The notes: a model not told the origin generated them from the letters alone. A DNA stretch of 64,000 bases from Candidatus Hydrogenedens sp. (GCA_049968235.1 JBMFRC010000008.1:1-64000); one strand, 5' to 3'; counted from the first letter of the stretch, positions 40,058-51,121 are shown. A program made the numbers and translations.

Positions 40058-41659
40058 TCATCTATGTTTCCCTATATATCGAGGAAGTCGCACAATCATC
40101 GTGGTTCCTCTTTTCAAGTTGGATGCTACATGAATGGTTCCATCATGGGCGGATATAATACGAAGACTTATCGTTAAACCCATACCAATGCCATGTTTTT
40201 TCTCTGTATAAAAGGGGTCAAAAATACGCGTGATTTTGTCCGGTGAGATTCCTGTTCCTTCATCTTTGAAATGTATTTCAACAGGTCCTTTCTCTTCTTT
40301 TCCTGTTAAAAGGATAGTTAAGTTTCCCCCATCCGGCATTGCATCAATAGCATTCTGTGCTAAATTCTGGAATACAAGGAAAATTTGTTCCGCATCACCC
40401 TTAATTTTACACTCTTTGGCTTGAGGTTCAATTATCAGTTCTACTTTATGCCCTTTATCCTGAGGGATATTTTTTTGAAATTGTTCTACAAATCGAGTTA
40501 ACAGCTCCGTTAGACTTATGATTTCTTTATTTTGAGAAGGTTCACGAGCAAAATTCAAAAAGGAGGTAATAATATAGTTCAATCGGTCACATTCCCGTAT
40601 CGCTATGGAAGACAATCGATTGAGTTTATCTGTATTATCCATGTTTTTGGGTATTTCCGCTACAGCACCGCGTATAGAAGCCACGGGATTTCGTATTTCA
40701 TGGGCTAAACTTGCTAATTGTTCACCAATAGCCACAAGTCGGTCATGCCGTCGCAAGTCCTGACGGATCTGGTCCAATTCACTCAGGTCAGAACAGGATG
40801 CAATGAGTGCTATTACTCGCCCTTTTGCATCTAATAATCGATTGGTAGTTAGTCCAATTAACTTTTGTTTTCCGCTGGGTGTATATATATAAAATTCATA
40901 ACTGGAAAAGTCACGGTTTAATCGTAATGCAGTCGTAATTGGACATTCAAACTCAGAGACTGTTTTAATTAGTCCTTCTACATGTTTACCTACAATGCCT
41001 TGCTCATCTACCTCAAAAATCCGACAACCAGCTTGGTTTAAACTTCGGACAATTCCATTGGCATCTGTAATAAGGAAACCACTGTTCATGTTGTTTAATA
41101 TATCTTGTTGGAACTGTTTCAGGATAGAAACTCGTTGATTCCAATAACCACTGATAAAACCTGTAAATGTAAAGGACATTGCCTGGATTAAAAATGAATA
41201 CCAATATTGTATCGATGCCAAACTTGATTTGTTTTCTAATGCGAATTGAGAACCCATAAACACAGTTGAAAATATGGCAAAAAGAAATCCTTGATAAATT
41301 CCTAATAGAAAACCTGCTTCCATAATAACGATAACAAGTAAAAAAGTAAAGGAACTGGCATATCCCTCTGTGATACCAATCGTGGCACAGACAATACCAA
41401 AATCAACAAACATCTGAGCCCATAACAGGAAATTAAGTCGCTGTGAACCTTTATACAGTTCATACAAATGCCAGATACTTAATATCAAAGCAATAACATA
41501 AATGGGAAAAAAGAAATAAAAGAAAGAACCATAAAGGTAGAGATAAAATCCTGCGGTAACCAAAAATAAGACAAAAATTCTACCTATACCGACAATCCAT
41601 AACCAGTGAACAGGTCCTTCATAAGTTGTTTTTGTAAGAGAAAAATTACGGGATTTCAC
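40058..41659 (-). CDS. Membrane sensor histidine kinase, PilS-like (about 6 TM helices, PAS, HisKA, HATPase)
   Basis: Hydrophobic N-terminal third. H-box LAHEIRNPVASIRG. HATPase G-boxes. It overlaps the pilT stop by 4 nt. Confidence 0.85.
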   Translation of the reverse strand: MKSRNFSLTKTTYEGPVHWLWIVGIGRIFVLFLVTAGFYLYLYGSFFYFFFPIYVIALILSIWHLYELYKGSQRLNFLLWAQMFVDFGIVCATIGITEGYASSFTFLLVIVIMEAGFLLGIYQGFLFAIFSTVFMGSQFALENKSSLASIQYWYSFLIQAMSFTFTGFISGYWNQRVSILKQFQQDILNNMNSGFLITDANGIVRSLNQAGCRIFEVDEQGIVGKHVEGLIKTVSEFECPITTALRLNRDFSSYEFYIYTPSGKQKLIGLTTNRLLDAKGRVIALIASCSDLSELDQIRQDLRRHDRLVAIGEQLASLAHEIRNPVASIRGAVAEIPKNMDNTDKLNRLSSIAIRECDRLNYIITSFLNFAREPSQNKEIISLTELLTRFVEQFQKNIPQDKGHKVELIIEPQAKECKIKGDAEQIFLVFQNLAQNAIDAMPDGGNLTILLTGKEEKGPVEIHFKDEGTGISPDKITRIFDPFYTEKKHGIGMGLTISLRIISAHDGTIHVASNLKRGTTMIVRLPRYIGKHR

Positions 41660-42741
41660 CCCGCCGAGCCTCCTCGTTCTATAAGATTTAATAATCCTTC
41701 GGGATTAGGACTGCGTTTAAATGCCAGGTCTTTTGTAATCAGTCCTCTTCGGTATAAACGATATAAGGATTGGTTCATTGTCATCATCCCTTCCCCTTTG
41801 CCAATTTCAATCATAGAAGGAATTTGTTCTAATTTCTGGGCACGAATGAGGGAACGAATAGCGGGATTAGGAACCATTACTTCCGTAGCAAGCACACGTC
41901 CCTGTCCATCAGCACGGGGTATAAGCTGCTGAACAATGAGCCCTTCAAGCACAAACGAAAGTTGGGTTCGCACCTGTTCTTGTTGCTCCTGTGGGAACAC
42001 ATCAACAATACGATTAATCGTTTGAACTGCATCATTCGTGTGTAATGTAGCAAAAGTGAGGTGTCCTGTTTCTGCAACAGTAAGTGCCGCCTGAATCGTT
42101 TCTGTATCACGCATTTCACCAATCAAAATTACATCAGGGTCCTGTCGAAGTACTCGTTTTAAAGCACTGGCAAAGGTTTTTGTATCCACATTCACTTCGC
42201 GCTGATTGATGATGGACCTCCGGTGGGAATGTAGATATTCGATAGGGTCCTCAATAGTTATAATATGCACATCGCGTTCCACATTTATTTTATCTATCAG
42301 AGCAGCAAGGGTGGTTGACTTCCCACTTCCTGTGGGACCACATACAAGGATTAGCCCATAAGGACGGTATGCAAAATCCGCTACAACGCGGGGAATCCCT
42401 AATTGTTCAAAAGACATAATTTCATACGGAATAGCACGGAACGCAGCAACAACAGAGCCACGGTCCCGATAGACATTCAAACGGAAACGACTAAGTTTTT
42501 CTACGCCAAAGGACATATCTAATTCTTTTTCTTTTTCAAATTCTGCTATCTGCTCCTCATTCATCACAGAGTAAATTAGTTCCTGTGTAATTTCAGGAGA
42601 GAGACGAGGGTACCCCGGCATGTATTCCAGCCTCCCATATACACGGATTACAGGGGGAACACCAACAACGATATGCAAATCACTTGCACCCGCTTTTATC
42701 ATTTTTTCTAAAAGTTCTCTAATATCGAATGTTAATCTCAT
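41656..42741 (-). CDS. pilT: Type IV pilus retraction ATPase PilT
   Basis: Walker A GPTGSGKSTTLAA and the PilT/GspE family Asp and His boxes. 361 aa. Confidence 0.9.
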   Translation of the reverse strand: MRLTFDIRELLEKMIKAGASDLHIVVGVPPVIRVYGRLEYMPGYPRLSPEITQELIYSVMNEEQIAEFEKEKELDMSFGVEKLSRFRLNVYRDRGSVVAAFRAIPYEIMSFEQLGIPRVVADFAYRPYGLILVCGPTGSGKSTTLAALIDKINVERDVHIITIEDPIEYLHSHRRSIINQREVNVDTKTFASALKRVLRQDPDVILIGEMRDTETIQAALTVAETGHLTFATLHTNDAVQTINRIVDVFPQEQQEQVRTQLSFVLEGLIVQQLIPRADGQGRVLATEVMVPNPAIRSLIRAQKLEQIPSMIEIGKGEGMMTMNQSLYRLYRRGLITKDLAFKRSPNPEGLLNLIERGGSAG

Positions 42742-42768
42742 ATCTTCTCCTTTTTTATATTTGAATTG

Positions 42769-45327
42769 TTATGCCCATGTAACAAGTCCCACTTCAAATT
42801 TATTTGCAAGGTTCTCCCGATACGGAAATACACGAACGGAATATCCAGACAATCCTGTTTCATTACAAGAAATAATCCCTTTGAAACGAAACACTTTGTC
42901 TTCGATTTTCTTCTCAAAATCCATATTAACGGCATACCCTTCTTTAATCGTGCCATCATGATTTAGATGACCGACATAACTCTCCACACGAACATCTTCT
43001 TGTGTAAGATTGTCAAGATATATATCCGCTTCAATAGGAATCTCTGTTCCTACGGGGACATCACCATGCAATTTAGCCTCAACACGCACAAAACGAATAT
43101 TATTCCATACTAACTGTACTTTCTTTTTCCATTCCGCTAACTCAATTGCATATTTGCGGTTATCCTTACGGAAGAGAATACGTCGTTTGGAGAATGGGAT
43201 ATATGCCTTTTCTGCGTATTCTTGAACCATTCTGTAAGTATTAAATATGGGACAGATTGTTTTGATAGCTTCCTTCATTCGTAATATCCATTCACGCGGT
43301 AAACCATCTTGTCCACGATCATAAAACATAGGAATAATTTCCTGTTCCAGTATTTCATATAGTGCAGAACTTTCCACCCGGTCCTGCTCTTCTGTTGATT
43401 CGTAAGTTTCACCTTTCCCGATGGTCCAGCCGTTATGTCCCAATCCGTTTGCTTCACACCACCAACCATCAGGGATACTAATATTCAAAGCCCCATTGGC
43501 AGCGGCTTTCATTCCACTGGTGCCACTGGCTTCCATAGGTCTTCGGGGGGTATTGAGCCAGCAATCGACACCCTGAACCATATATCGTGCTACATTTATA
43601 TCATAATCTTCAAGAAACACAATATGGTTTCGCACTTCGGGATCCATAGCAAAATGAACAATTTGGCGAATGAGTTCTTTCCCCTGAATATCCTGGGGGT
43701 GTGCTTTGCCAGCGATAATTATCTGAACGGGTTTCTCTTTATTCAGTAAAATCTTTTTCAGGCGTGCGGGGTCGCGGAATAAAAGGGTTACCCGTTTATA
43801 AGTAGCAAATCTTCTTGCAAATCCGATGGTTAAACATTCCGGGTCTAAACATTCACTTGCAAAATTTATTCCTGAAGGAGGAGCACCACGATTAATTAAC
43901 TGCTTTTTTAGTCTCCTTCGTGCAAAATCTACCAGTCTTTCTCTTCGACGTTCATGGGTCCGCCATAATTCAGTTTCAGGTATTTCATTCACTTGTTTCC
44001 ATATCGAATGGTCTTCAGGACTATTTAGCCAGCCGGGTCCCAAGTAACGGTCATAGAGGTCTGCCAGGTCCCGAGAAATCCATGAACGGATATGAACACC
44101 ATTTGTTATAGATGTAATAGGAATTTCATGCTGAGGCAAATCTTTCCATACACGAGACCACATTTCTCTTGAGACAACCCCATGTAATTTACTGACACCA
44201 TTCGCTCCCGCACATAATCTCAATGCGAGGACCGTCATACAGAAAGGTTCTCGGGAATCATTGGGGTCCTGTCTCCCTAATGCCAGAAATTCATTCAAAC
44301 TTATTCCTACATCCTGACAATACTTACCAAAATACCTCTCAATTAAACCAGGGTCAAACATATCATTTCCCGCAGGAACCGGAGTATGTGTAGTAAAATA
44401 ACTTCCTGCTTTTACTGTTTCAACTGCTTGAGAAAATGTAAGTTTTTCATTCAATACCAATTCTTTTATCCGTTGAAGCACCATAAAGGATGCATGTCCT
44501 TCATTTAAGTGATAAATCGTTGGACGCAGTTTCAATGCATGCGCCGCAATAACCCCCCCCATACCTAACATAATTTCCTGTTTAATACGCGTCTCACGAT
44601 CTCCACCGTATAACTGTCCTGTTATGGTACGGTCCGCAGGAGAATTATCCTCATGGTCGGTATCCAATAGATATAAAGGAACACGCCCTACCTGACATCT
44701 CCATATATACGCCTTAACCATTCGCCCGGGATATTCTACCTCAATAACCATAGGCTCCCCGTTTTCATTTTTTACTTTCTCGATAGGCATATTGTAAAAG
44801 TCATTGGGTGGATACAATTCCTGTTGCCAGCCATCTGGATTGAGATACTGATGAAAATACCCTTCGCGGTAAAGCATACCCATACCAATCAAAGGCATAC
44901 CCAAATCACTTGCTGCCTTCAGGTGGTCACCAGCAAGAACACCTAAACCACCAGAATAGATATTTACACTTTCGTGAACACCAAATTCCGCTGACATATA
45001 AAGAATGCACATATCCTGGGGTGCATTGGAATTTCGTTCAAAATAAGTATTGGTATTCATGTAATCCTGCAATTGCGAATAGACCCGTTCCATGTGTGTA
45101 AGAAAACTATCGTTTTTTGCTAATTCATCCAATTTCTTTTGGCTTATCTTCCCCAACAGCATTTTGGGGTTCTGTCCACATTCAACCCACAAATCCCGGT
45201 CCATTCGGAAGAACAAATCAATCGCCTCCGGATTCCAGCACCACCAAAGATTATTTGCAATTTCAAGAAGTTTTTTTAATCGTTCCGGCAAATTAGGAAT
45301 GACATTAAAATGAAAGATATTCCTCAT
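42769..45327 (-). CDS. glgP: Alpha-glucan (glycogen/maltodextrin) phosphorylase, GT35 family
   Basis: GGLGVLAGDHLKAASDLGMP and the PLP-lysine region. 852 aa. Confidence 0.9.
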   Translation of the reverse strand: MRNIFHFNVIPNLPERLKKLLEIANNLWWCWNPEAIDLFFRMDRDLWVECGQNPKMLLGKISQKKLDELAKNDSFLTHMERVYSQLQDYMNTNTYFERNSNAPQDMCILYMSAEFGVHESVNIYSGGLGVLAGDHLKAASDLGMPLIGMGMLYREGYFHQYLNPDGWQQELYPPNDFYNMPIEKVKNENGEPMVIEVEYPGRMVKAYIWRCQVGRVPLYLLDTDHEDNSPADRTITGQLYGGDRETRIKQEIMLGMGGVIAAHALKLRPTIYHLNEGHASFMVLQRIKELVLNEKLTFSQAVETVKAGSYFTTHTPVPAGNDMFDPGLIERYFGKYCQDVGISLNEFLALGRQDPNDSREPFCMTVLALRLCAGANGVSKLHGVVSREMWSRVWKDLPQHEIPITSITNGVHIRSWISRDLADLYDRYLGPGWLNSPEDHSIWKQVNEIPETELWRTHERRRERLVDFARRRLKKQLINRGAPPSGINFASECLDPECLTIGFARRFATYKRVTLLFRDPARLKKILLNKEKPVQIIIAGKAHPQDIQGKELIRQIVHFAMDPEVRNHIVFLEDYDINVARYMVQGVDCWLNTPRRPMEASGTSGMKAAANGALNISIPDGWWCEANGLGHNGWTIGKGETYESTEEQDRVESSALYEILEQEIIPMFYDRGQDGLPREWILRMKEAIKTICPIFNTYRMVQEYAEKAYIPFSKRRILFRKDNRKYAIELAEWKKKVQLVWNNIRFVRVEAKLHGDVPVGTEIPIEADIYLDNLTQEDVRVESYVGHLNHDGTIKEGYAVNMDFEKKIEDKVFRFKGIISCNETGLSGYSVRVFPYRENLANKFEVGLVTWA

Positions 45328-45474
45328 CGTATAACTCCATCTTACTTGTTATAATTTTATAGGAATTATAAATTACATTTTTTTATTAACTTGGTATTAT
45401 GGTAATCTATTTTATAGAAAGCAAAAATATAATATCACACTCAAAAACCCAAAATATATAAAGGAATACTTATT

Positions 45475-46974
45475 ATGAACTCTCAACACACACACTCATC
45501 TACTTGTAGTTGCTGTGGTATTTCCCGCAGATGCTTCCTTGCAACCAGTACTGCAGTAGGATTAACCGTGCCTTTATTATCCTCCGCACAAATGGAATTC
45601 CCAACTGAAAATGAATTAAAACAACCTATAAATCTGGGTGATTTTCGACCTAAACCTTCTGTGCGTATTGTAGGTGTAGTTGTTCGAGAAAAACCTCCTT
45701 ATTGGTTAGGCTGGCCTGGGACCTCGTATGATGTCGAAGGAAAAAGGAAGGAGTTTGAACAGGCTTTTGTCAATTCAGCCAAAAAAGTTGACGTTCAGTT
45801 TGAAATGCTACCCGACCCTATTGAGGATAATACCGCATTGGAAAAATTTACTAATCAAATGTCAACAGAAAAACCCGATGCTATTCTTGTCCATGTTCAG
45901 CATTTAAATGTATGGGGCAGGGTAGATAAAATTCGTTCCGCTAAGATTCCCATGATTGTTTGGGCTCCACTGGGTACCGTGTTTACTACTCAAGTTCACG
46001 AATTTGCCCGTAGAGAGGGGGTATGTTTATTATCCACATTAGATACAAGTTGTCTTGAACAGGCAATGCGAATGGTGCGTGCTAAGAAACAATTCGAGTT
46101 ATCCCGTATACTGGTAGTGCATGGAAATGAACGTAAGGATGAAGTGATTGACCGTTTTGGAACAAAGATTCGACATGTCCCTCGCGAGATGATGGAAAAA
46201 ATGTTTGAGCGTGTTCCTGTAACAGAAGAAGTAAAAGAAGTTGCTGACAGGATGAAAAAGAAAGCACAAAAGGTTGTAGAACCCACCGATGAAGATATGA
46301 TAAATGCAGCTCGAAGTTATGTTGCTGCAAAACATTTATTGCGTATGGAAGATGCCAACGCAATAACAACTGATTGCCTGGGTATGGTTACCATGAAAAC
46401 AGTACCCACTCCTCCGTGTCTTGGTGCATGCATCTTTCAAGATGAAGGTGTAACTTACGGTTGTGAAGCCGATATTTATGGGGCTATGTCATTAATGTTT
46501 ACCAGTTACCTCTTCGATAAACCCGGTTTTATGAACGACCCTGTTCCTGAGACTATAAAAAATGAACTCATAACAGCCCATTGCGTATGTGGAACGAAAC
46601 TCAATGGATTTGATAAACCTTCTGAGCCCTTCATTATCCGTTCCCATTCTGAGTCCGCTCTGGGTGTGTCCTTGCAAGTATTGTGGAAGATTGGACAGCC
46701 TGCAACACTGGTTCGATTACAAAATCCCAATGAACTTATTCTGGATAATGGAACAGTCACCGCAAATATTGATACACCTCCTGCTGGCGGTTGTAGAACG
46801 CATTTATCCCTAAAAATGGATTATATTGAAGAAGCCAAAGACACATTAGGCTTCCACCAGGTTGTATTTTATGGAAATCATCGTAGAGATGTGAAAAACT
46901 TCTGCCAGATGTACGGTATAAAAGTCATTCACTCTCCGGCACAAGCCAATCCTATGTTACCTATGGAAGCATAA
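45475..46974 (+). CDS. Tat-signal hypothetical protein with a Cys/His-rich extreme N-terminus
   Basis: MNSQHTHSSTCSCCGISRRCFLATSTAVGL (twin-arginine SRRxFLA). It is the only + strand gene in a 30-kb minus-strand block. No family was recognised. Confidence 0.5.
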   Translation: MNSQHTHSSTCSCCGISRRCFLATSTAVGLTVPLLSSAQMEFPTENELKQPINLGDFRPKPSVRIVGVVVREKPPYWLGWPGTSYDVEGKRKEFEQAFVNSAKKVDVQFEMLPDPIEDNTALEKFTNQMSTEKPDAILVHVQHLNVWGRVDKIRSAKIPMIVWAPLGTVFTTQVHEFARREGVCLLSTLDTSCLEQAMRMVRAKKQFELSRILVVHGNERKDEVIDRFGTKIRHVPREMMEKMFERVPVTEEVKEVADRMKKKAQKVVEPTDEDMINAARSYVAAKHLLRMEDANAITTDCLGMVTMKTVPTPPCLGACIFQDEGVTYGCEADIYGAMSLMFTSYLFDKPGFMNDPVPETIKNELITAHCVCGTKLNGFDKPSEPFIIRSHSESALGVSLQVLWKIGQPATLVRLQNPNELILDNGTVTANIDTPPAGGCRTHLSLKMDYIEEAKDTLGFHQVVFYGNHRRDVKNFCQMYGIKVIHSPAQANPMLPMEA

Positions 46975-47081
46975 GATTTTTATATCAAAAAATTCTTTTA
47001 TTGGTTTATACCCATAGGGTGTGTTAGACATGTCCGACTTGTCTAAAATGTCTGATAGGTCTGACTCACTGTGGCTATTTA

Positions 47082-48578
47082 TTATGATTTTTTCAAGGGT
47101 TCCCCCAGAAGATAGCGATGAATAGACATTGCAGCCGTTTTTGCCTGTCCCATGGCACTGATTACAGTTGCAGCACCGGAAACAATATCGCCTCCTGCAA
47201 AAATACCAGGGACGGAAGTTTCCATTGTTTCAGGATCAACAACAATAGTGCCATGTTTCGTAGTTTGTAATTCAGGCATAGATTTAGGTATAAGCGGATT
47301 GGGTTGATTCCCTATAGCAATAATAACCGTATCCACCTCCATAATAAATTCGGACCCTTTAATAGGGACAGGTCTGCGTCTCCCCGAAGAATCAGGCTCG
47401 CCTAATTCCATTCGGATACATTCCATCCCAACAACACGATGCCGTTCATCACCAAGGATTCGAACAGGGTTATTTAATAGAAGCATCTTCACTCCTTCTT
47501 CTTCTGCATGATGAATTTCTTCGGCACGGGCAGGCATTTGTTCGCGGGCACGACGGTAAACAATGCTTACATCTCCCCCTAAACGCAAAGCGGTACGTGC
47601 TGAGTCCATAGCCACATTGCCACCGCCGATTACAGCAACTTTATTCCGTTTGATAGGGGGTGTATCGTATTTTGGGAAAAGGTAGGCTTTCATCAGATTA
47701 GAGCGAGTGAGATATTCATTGGCAGAATAGACGCCTACTAAATTCTCACCGGGAATCCCCATAAAGGAAGGGAGACCTGCTCCCGTCCCAATAAATACCG
47801 CATGATAACCTTCTTCATCGAACAATTCCCGAATTGTACAATTTCTTCCAATGACAAAATCCATCACAAATTCGACACCCAATCGTTTGAGATATGCCAC
47901 CTCTGCGCGGACAATTTCTTTAGGAAGCCGGAATTCGGGTATGCCATACATAAGTACTCCACCGGGTTCATGTAAAGCCTCAAACACAGTAACTTCATGC
48001 CCCAATTTGATAAGGTCACCAGCGACCGTAAGCCCTGCGGGACCTGCACCAATTACAGCCACCCGCTTACCTGTTTTTGGGAGAATTTCAGGTAGTTGTA
48101 CTTGTCCACTGGCTCGTTCAAAATCCGCACAAAAACGCTCTAATCTTCCAATTGCTACGGATTCTCCTTTGACACCTAATATACACCCGCTTTCACATTG
48201 TTCTTCTTGTGGGCATACTCGACCACAAACCGCAGGTAACGCATTTTGTAGTTTAATATGCTGAGCCGCCTCGATGAATTTACCATCTTTGATAAGGCGG
48301 ATAAATCCTGGAATATCAATATGGACGGGACAACCTTCAACACAACCCGGCTTTTTGCAATCAAGGCAACGGGACGCTTCCAGTATAGCCAATTCCGGAG
48401 TATAACCGAACGGCACTTCTTCAAAATTATACCGTCGGTCTTCCGGTGCTTGTTCGGGCATAGGTTGTCGTGGAACTTTTCCCTTTTTTTTAGGTTTTGT
48501 TTCCTGTGAAAGGCTATCTTGTGTCTTTATTTCAGAATTTTCGGGTTGTGTCATGGCTTCTAACCTCTTTCCATACAA
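47082..48578 (-). CDS. NfnB / GltD-like subunit (2x[4Fe-4S] + FAD/NAD(P)H pyridine nucleotide-disulfide oxidoreductase fold)
   Basis: N-terminal Cys clusters (CLDCKKPGCVEGCP). Two Rossmann motifs (VAVIGAGPAGL; VAVIGGGNVAMD). Confidence 0.85.
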   Translation of the reverse strand: MYGKRLEAMTQPENSEIKTQDSLSQETKPKKKGKVPRQPMPEQAPEDRRYNFEEVPFGYTPELAILEASRCLDCKKPGCVEGCPVHIDIPGFIRLIKDGKFIEAAQHIKLQNALPAVCGRVCPQEEQCESGCILGVKGESVAIGRLERFCADFERASGQVQLPEILPKTGKRVAVIGAGPAGLTVAGDLIKLGHEVTVFEALHEPGGVLMYGIPEFRLPKEIVRAEVAYLKRLGVEFVMDFVIGRNCTIRELFDEEGYHAVFIGTGAGLPSFMGIPGENLVGVYSANEYLTRSNLMKAYLFPKYDTPPIKRNKVAVIGGGNVAMDSARTALRLGGDVSIVYRRAREQMPARAEEIHHAEEEGVKMLLLNNPVRILGDERHRVVGMECIRMELGEPDSSGRRRPVPIKGSEFIMEVDTVIIAIGNQPNPLIPKSMPELQTTKHGTIVVDPETMETSVPGIFAGGDIVSGAATVISAMGQAKTAAMSIHRYLLGEPLKKS

Positions 48579-51097
48579 GAACAGTGATGGTAACGATGTT
48601 CTCCCTGAACGGTTTTAGAGGGCATGGTAAAACTTATCGCTTGAATTTCTTCCGCACTATAGGCTTCTCTCCGGTCGCGAACCTCATCCCAATCAACCTG
48701 ATGTGCATCGAAGAAAGGTCCATCAACACATGCAAATTTTGTTTCCCCGTTTATACTGATTCGACAGGCACCACACATACCGGTACCATCTAACATAATA
48801 GGATTTAATGCACAAACCGCTTTTATACCTGTATTGCGGGTTTCTTCTGCAGTAATCATCATCATAAAGGGACATCCCACCGCAACAATCAGGTCTATTT
48901 TCTCACCCGACTGAATTAATCGCTTTAATGCATCAATGGCATGTCCCTTTTCTCCTAATGATGCATCTACAGTTGTTTGAATAAATCGGTCACTGACAGT
49001 AGAGAGTTCTTCTTCGTAATATGCAAGATAATGACTTCGTGCTTCAGAGATTACGATGACTTTATTTCCTTGTTCATGTAATGAACGAGATAAACAGACT
49101 ACTGCACCAATTCCATAACATCCACCTAATATAGCGACTGTTCCATAATGCTTAACTTCAAAAGCAGTACCCAATGGACCTACAACATGAGCAAGACATT
49201 CACCTTCAGATACAGAAATCATTTTCCGACTGGACAAACCCTTTTCTTGTATTACCAATGTAATGGTCCCTTTTTCTTCATCCCAATCACTTAAAGTATA
49301 AGGAATGCGTTCTGAGTTCTCATCTACCATTACGATAACAAATTGTCCAGGTAGTGCCTTTTTCGCAATAGCAGGAGCATAAATAACAAACTCATAGGTA
49401 TTAGGGACTAGTTCCCTACGTGATAAAACCATAAATGGATACGGTGTCTCAGGTAATTTTATTTCTGCTTTTATCGATGTTTTCTCTTCATGGTCTTTGC
49501 CCTCTTCAAAATTCCTCACTGCCACTAAACCGGACACATAATCTTCTACCTTATGTCCTTTGAACCATTCTCGGCGTTCCTTTAAGTTTTGCGATGCGGG
49601 AGGTGCTGTTTGTCGATCAAGATACAATTGGGCTGTATCTAAATCTAATTCACGCGATATTTCTTCAACAGATGTATATTCTTTCCATGCCTCTGAAGAT
49701 AGGGCTCTGGCTATTTGTTGAATAATAATCCATTCAGGTATTGCATCTCCCGGTGGATTGCATGCTTTTATCAAGGGACGCAACCGATTATTTCTATCCA
49801 GCACTGTCCCTGAAACTTCAGCAAAAATGGCGGTCGGATACACCACATCCGCAGATTTTGTCCATTCCGACGGAAAGACATCCAGAGCAATAACCACATC
49901 AAAATTACTCCGAAATTCTTGTGGGATAAATAAACCTGTAGTAATAACCGCTTTAACTTCCGTGGGGATATTTGTAATTCTTGCAAAACCTTTCTTATCC
50001 GGAACAATCTCGAAATAATACGGAGATTGCATTACCTCCTGTGTAAATTTCTTAAATATATGTCTATCTTCCAATGTACTGGATGTATCACAAACAAAGG
50101 CAAATTTCTTACCTGTATAATTCTTTAATAACTCCGCACATCGATGTATGGTTTCTTCAGATGAAACTGGTCGTAATACTTTGTTAATTCGTATTTGTGG
50201 TGAACGAAGGCGATGGGGACTGTTTAAAAATTCAGGGATTGCAAAATGTCCTAAAACACATACAGGTAGATGGTCGTAAACACCCTTAACCATAACCGAT
50301 TTATTATTTACCGCATATACTGCCAGAGCACAGGCTTCATCACAGTAGATGCAGGTGGTTTCAATTTTTGTATCCGGTCGTCCAAACCATTTTGCATATC
50401 GGTCTGATAAAGTCCCCGTAGGACATACATCCACACATGAACCGCAGAAAGTGCAACCCGCTTCATGTAAGTTTCTTCCGAAAGCCTGTCCGATATGGGT
50501 CTGACTGCTACGATGAATAAAATCAATTACGGATTTACCCTGATGTAATTTACAAATGCGAACACATCTTCCGCAAAGAATACATAGATTTAAATCTCGG
50601 TCAATAAAAGGTTCAGAACGCTCTATGGGTTTGTAATGATATTTGGGAGACACCAAAATTTCTGCCAGACCCAAATCTGCGGATAGTTCCCGTACTTCAC
50701 ACACATCTTTGTTGTTACAGGTATGACAACCTGTTGTTGCCCCTACCTTTTCCGATTTTGGTCGATATTTATCACACAATTCGCGTCGCTCACACACAAG
50801 GCAGGCACTGGGATGTTCTAACATCATCAGTCCCAGAATATTTCTGCGTAATAGACGCAAACTTTCCGTTTGCGTATGAATAACCATCCCTTCAGCAATC
50901 GGTGTGGAACAGGATGTAGGATAACCTCGCATACCTTCCACTTCTACAATACATATACGACAGGCACCGAAAGGTGGTAACGCAGGATGCGTGCATAGAT
51001 GGGGAATGGATATTCCATGCCGTAAAGCACATTCTAATATCGTTTCACCTGCTCTACCTTCAAGTGTTTTTCCATCAATAACTACATTCACAATCAA
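48560..51097 (-). CDS. Fusion protein: a NuoG/HydA-N-like Fe-S subunit (2Fe-2S, His-ligated and 4Fe-4S clusters, non-catalytic molybdopterin-oxidoreductase-like domain) with a C-terminal NfnA/PyrK-like FAD/NAD + [2Fe-2S] domain
   Basis: CTHPALPPFGACRICIVEVEG; CILCGRCVRIC; CTFCGSCVDVCPTG. The C-terminus has RIPYTLSDW (RxYS FAD motif) and CGACRIS...C. No H-cluster motifs are seen. Confidence 0.75.
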   Translation of the reverse strand: MIVNVVIDGKTLEGRAGETILECALRHGISIPHLCTHPALPPFGACRICIVEVEGMRGYPTSCSTPIAEGMVIHTQTESLRLLRRNILGLMMLEHPSACLVCERRELCDKYRPKSEKVGATTGCHTCNNKDVCEVRELSADLGLAEILVSPKYHYKPIERSEPFIDRDLNLCILCGRCVRICKLHQGKSVIDFIHRSSQTHIGQAFGRNLHEAGCTFCGSCVDVCPTGTLSDRYAKWFGRPDTKIETTCIYCDEACALAVYAVNNKSVMVKGVYDHLPVCVLGHFAIPEFLNSPHRLRSPQIRINKVLRPVSSEETIHRCAELLKNYTGKKFAFVCDTSSTLEDRHIFKKFTQEVMQSPYYFEIVPDKKGFARITNIPTEVKAVITTGLFIPQEFRSNFDVVIALDVFPSEWTKSADVVYPTAIFAEVSGTVLDRNNRLRPLIKACNPPGDAIPEWIIIQQIARALSSEAWKEYTSVEEISRELDLDTAQLYLDRQTAPPASQNLKERREWFKGHKVEDYVSGLVAVRNFEEGKDHEEKTSIKAEIKLPETPYPFMVLSRRELVPNTYEFVIYAPAIAKKALPGQFVIVMVDENSERIPYTLSDWDEEKGTITLVIQEKGLSSRKMISVSEGECLAHVVGPLGTAFEVKHYGTVAILGGCYGIGAVVCLSRSLHEQGNKVIVISEARSHYLAYYEEELSTVSDRFIQTTVDASLGEKGHAIDALKRLIQSGEKIDLIVAVGCPFMMMITAEETRNTGIKAVCALNPIMLDGTGMCGACRISINGETKFACVDGPFFDAHQVDWDEVRDRREAYSAEEIQAISFTMPSKTVQGEHRYHHCSCMERG

Positions 51098-51121
51098 ATC
51101 ACCTCTTTAATATATAACCCT

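Noticed and set aside
47024-47046. Hairpin TTAGACA-(9 nt)-TGTCTAA in the convergent gap between the Tat-protein gene and the gltD-like gene, a possible bidirectional terminator
   Set aside because: It has only a 7-bp stem and no U-tract on either strand, so it is too weak to call a terminator.
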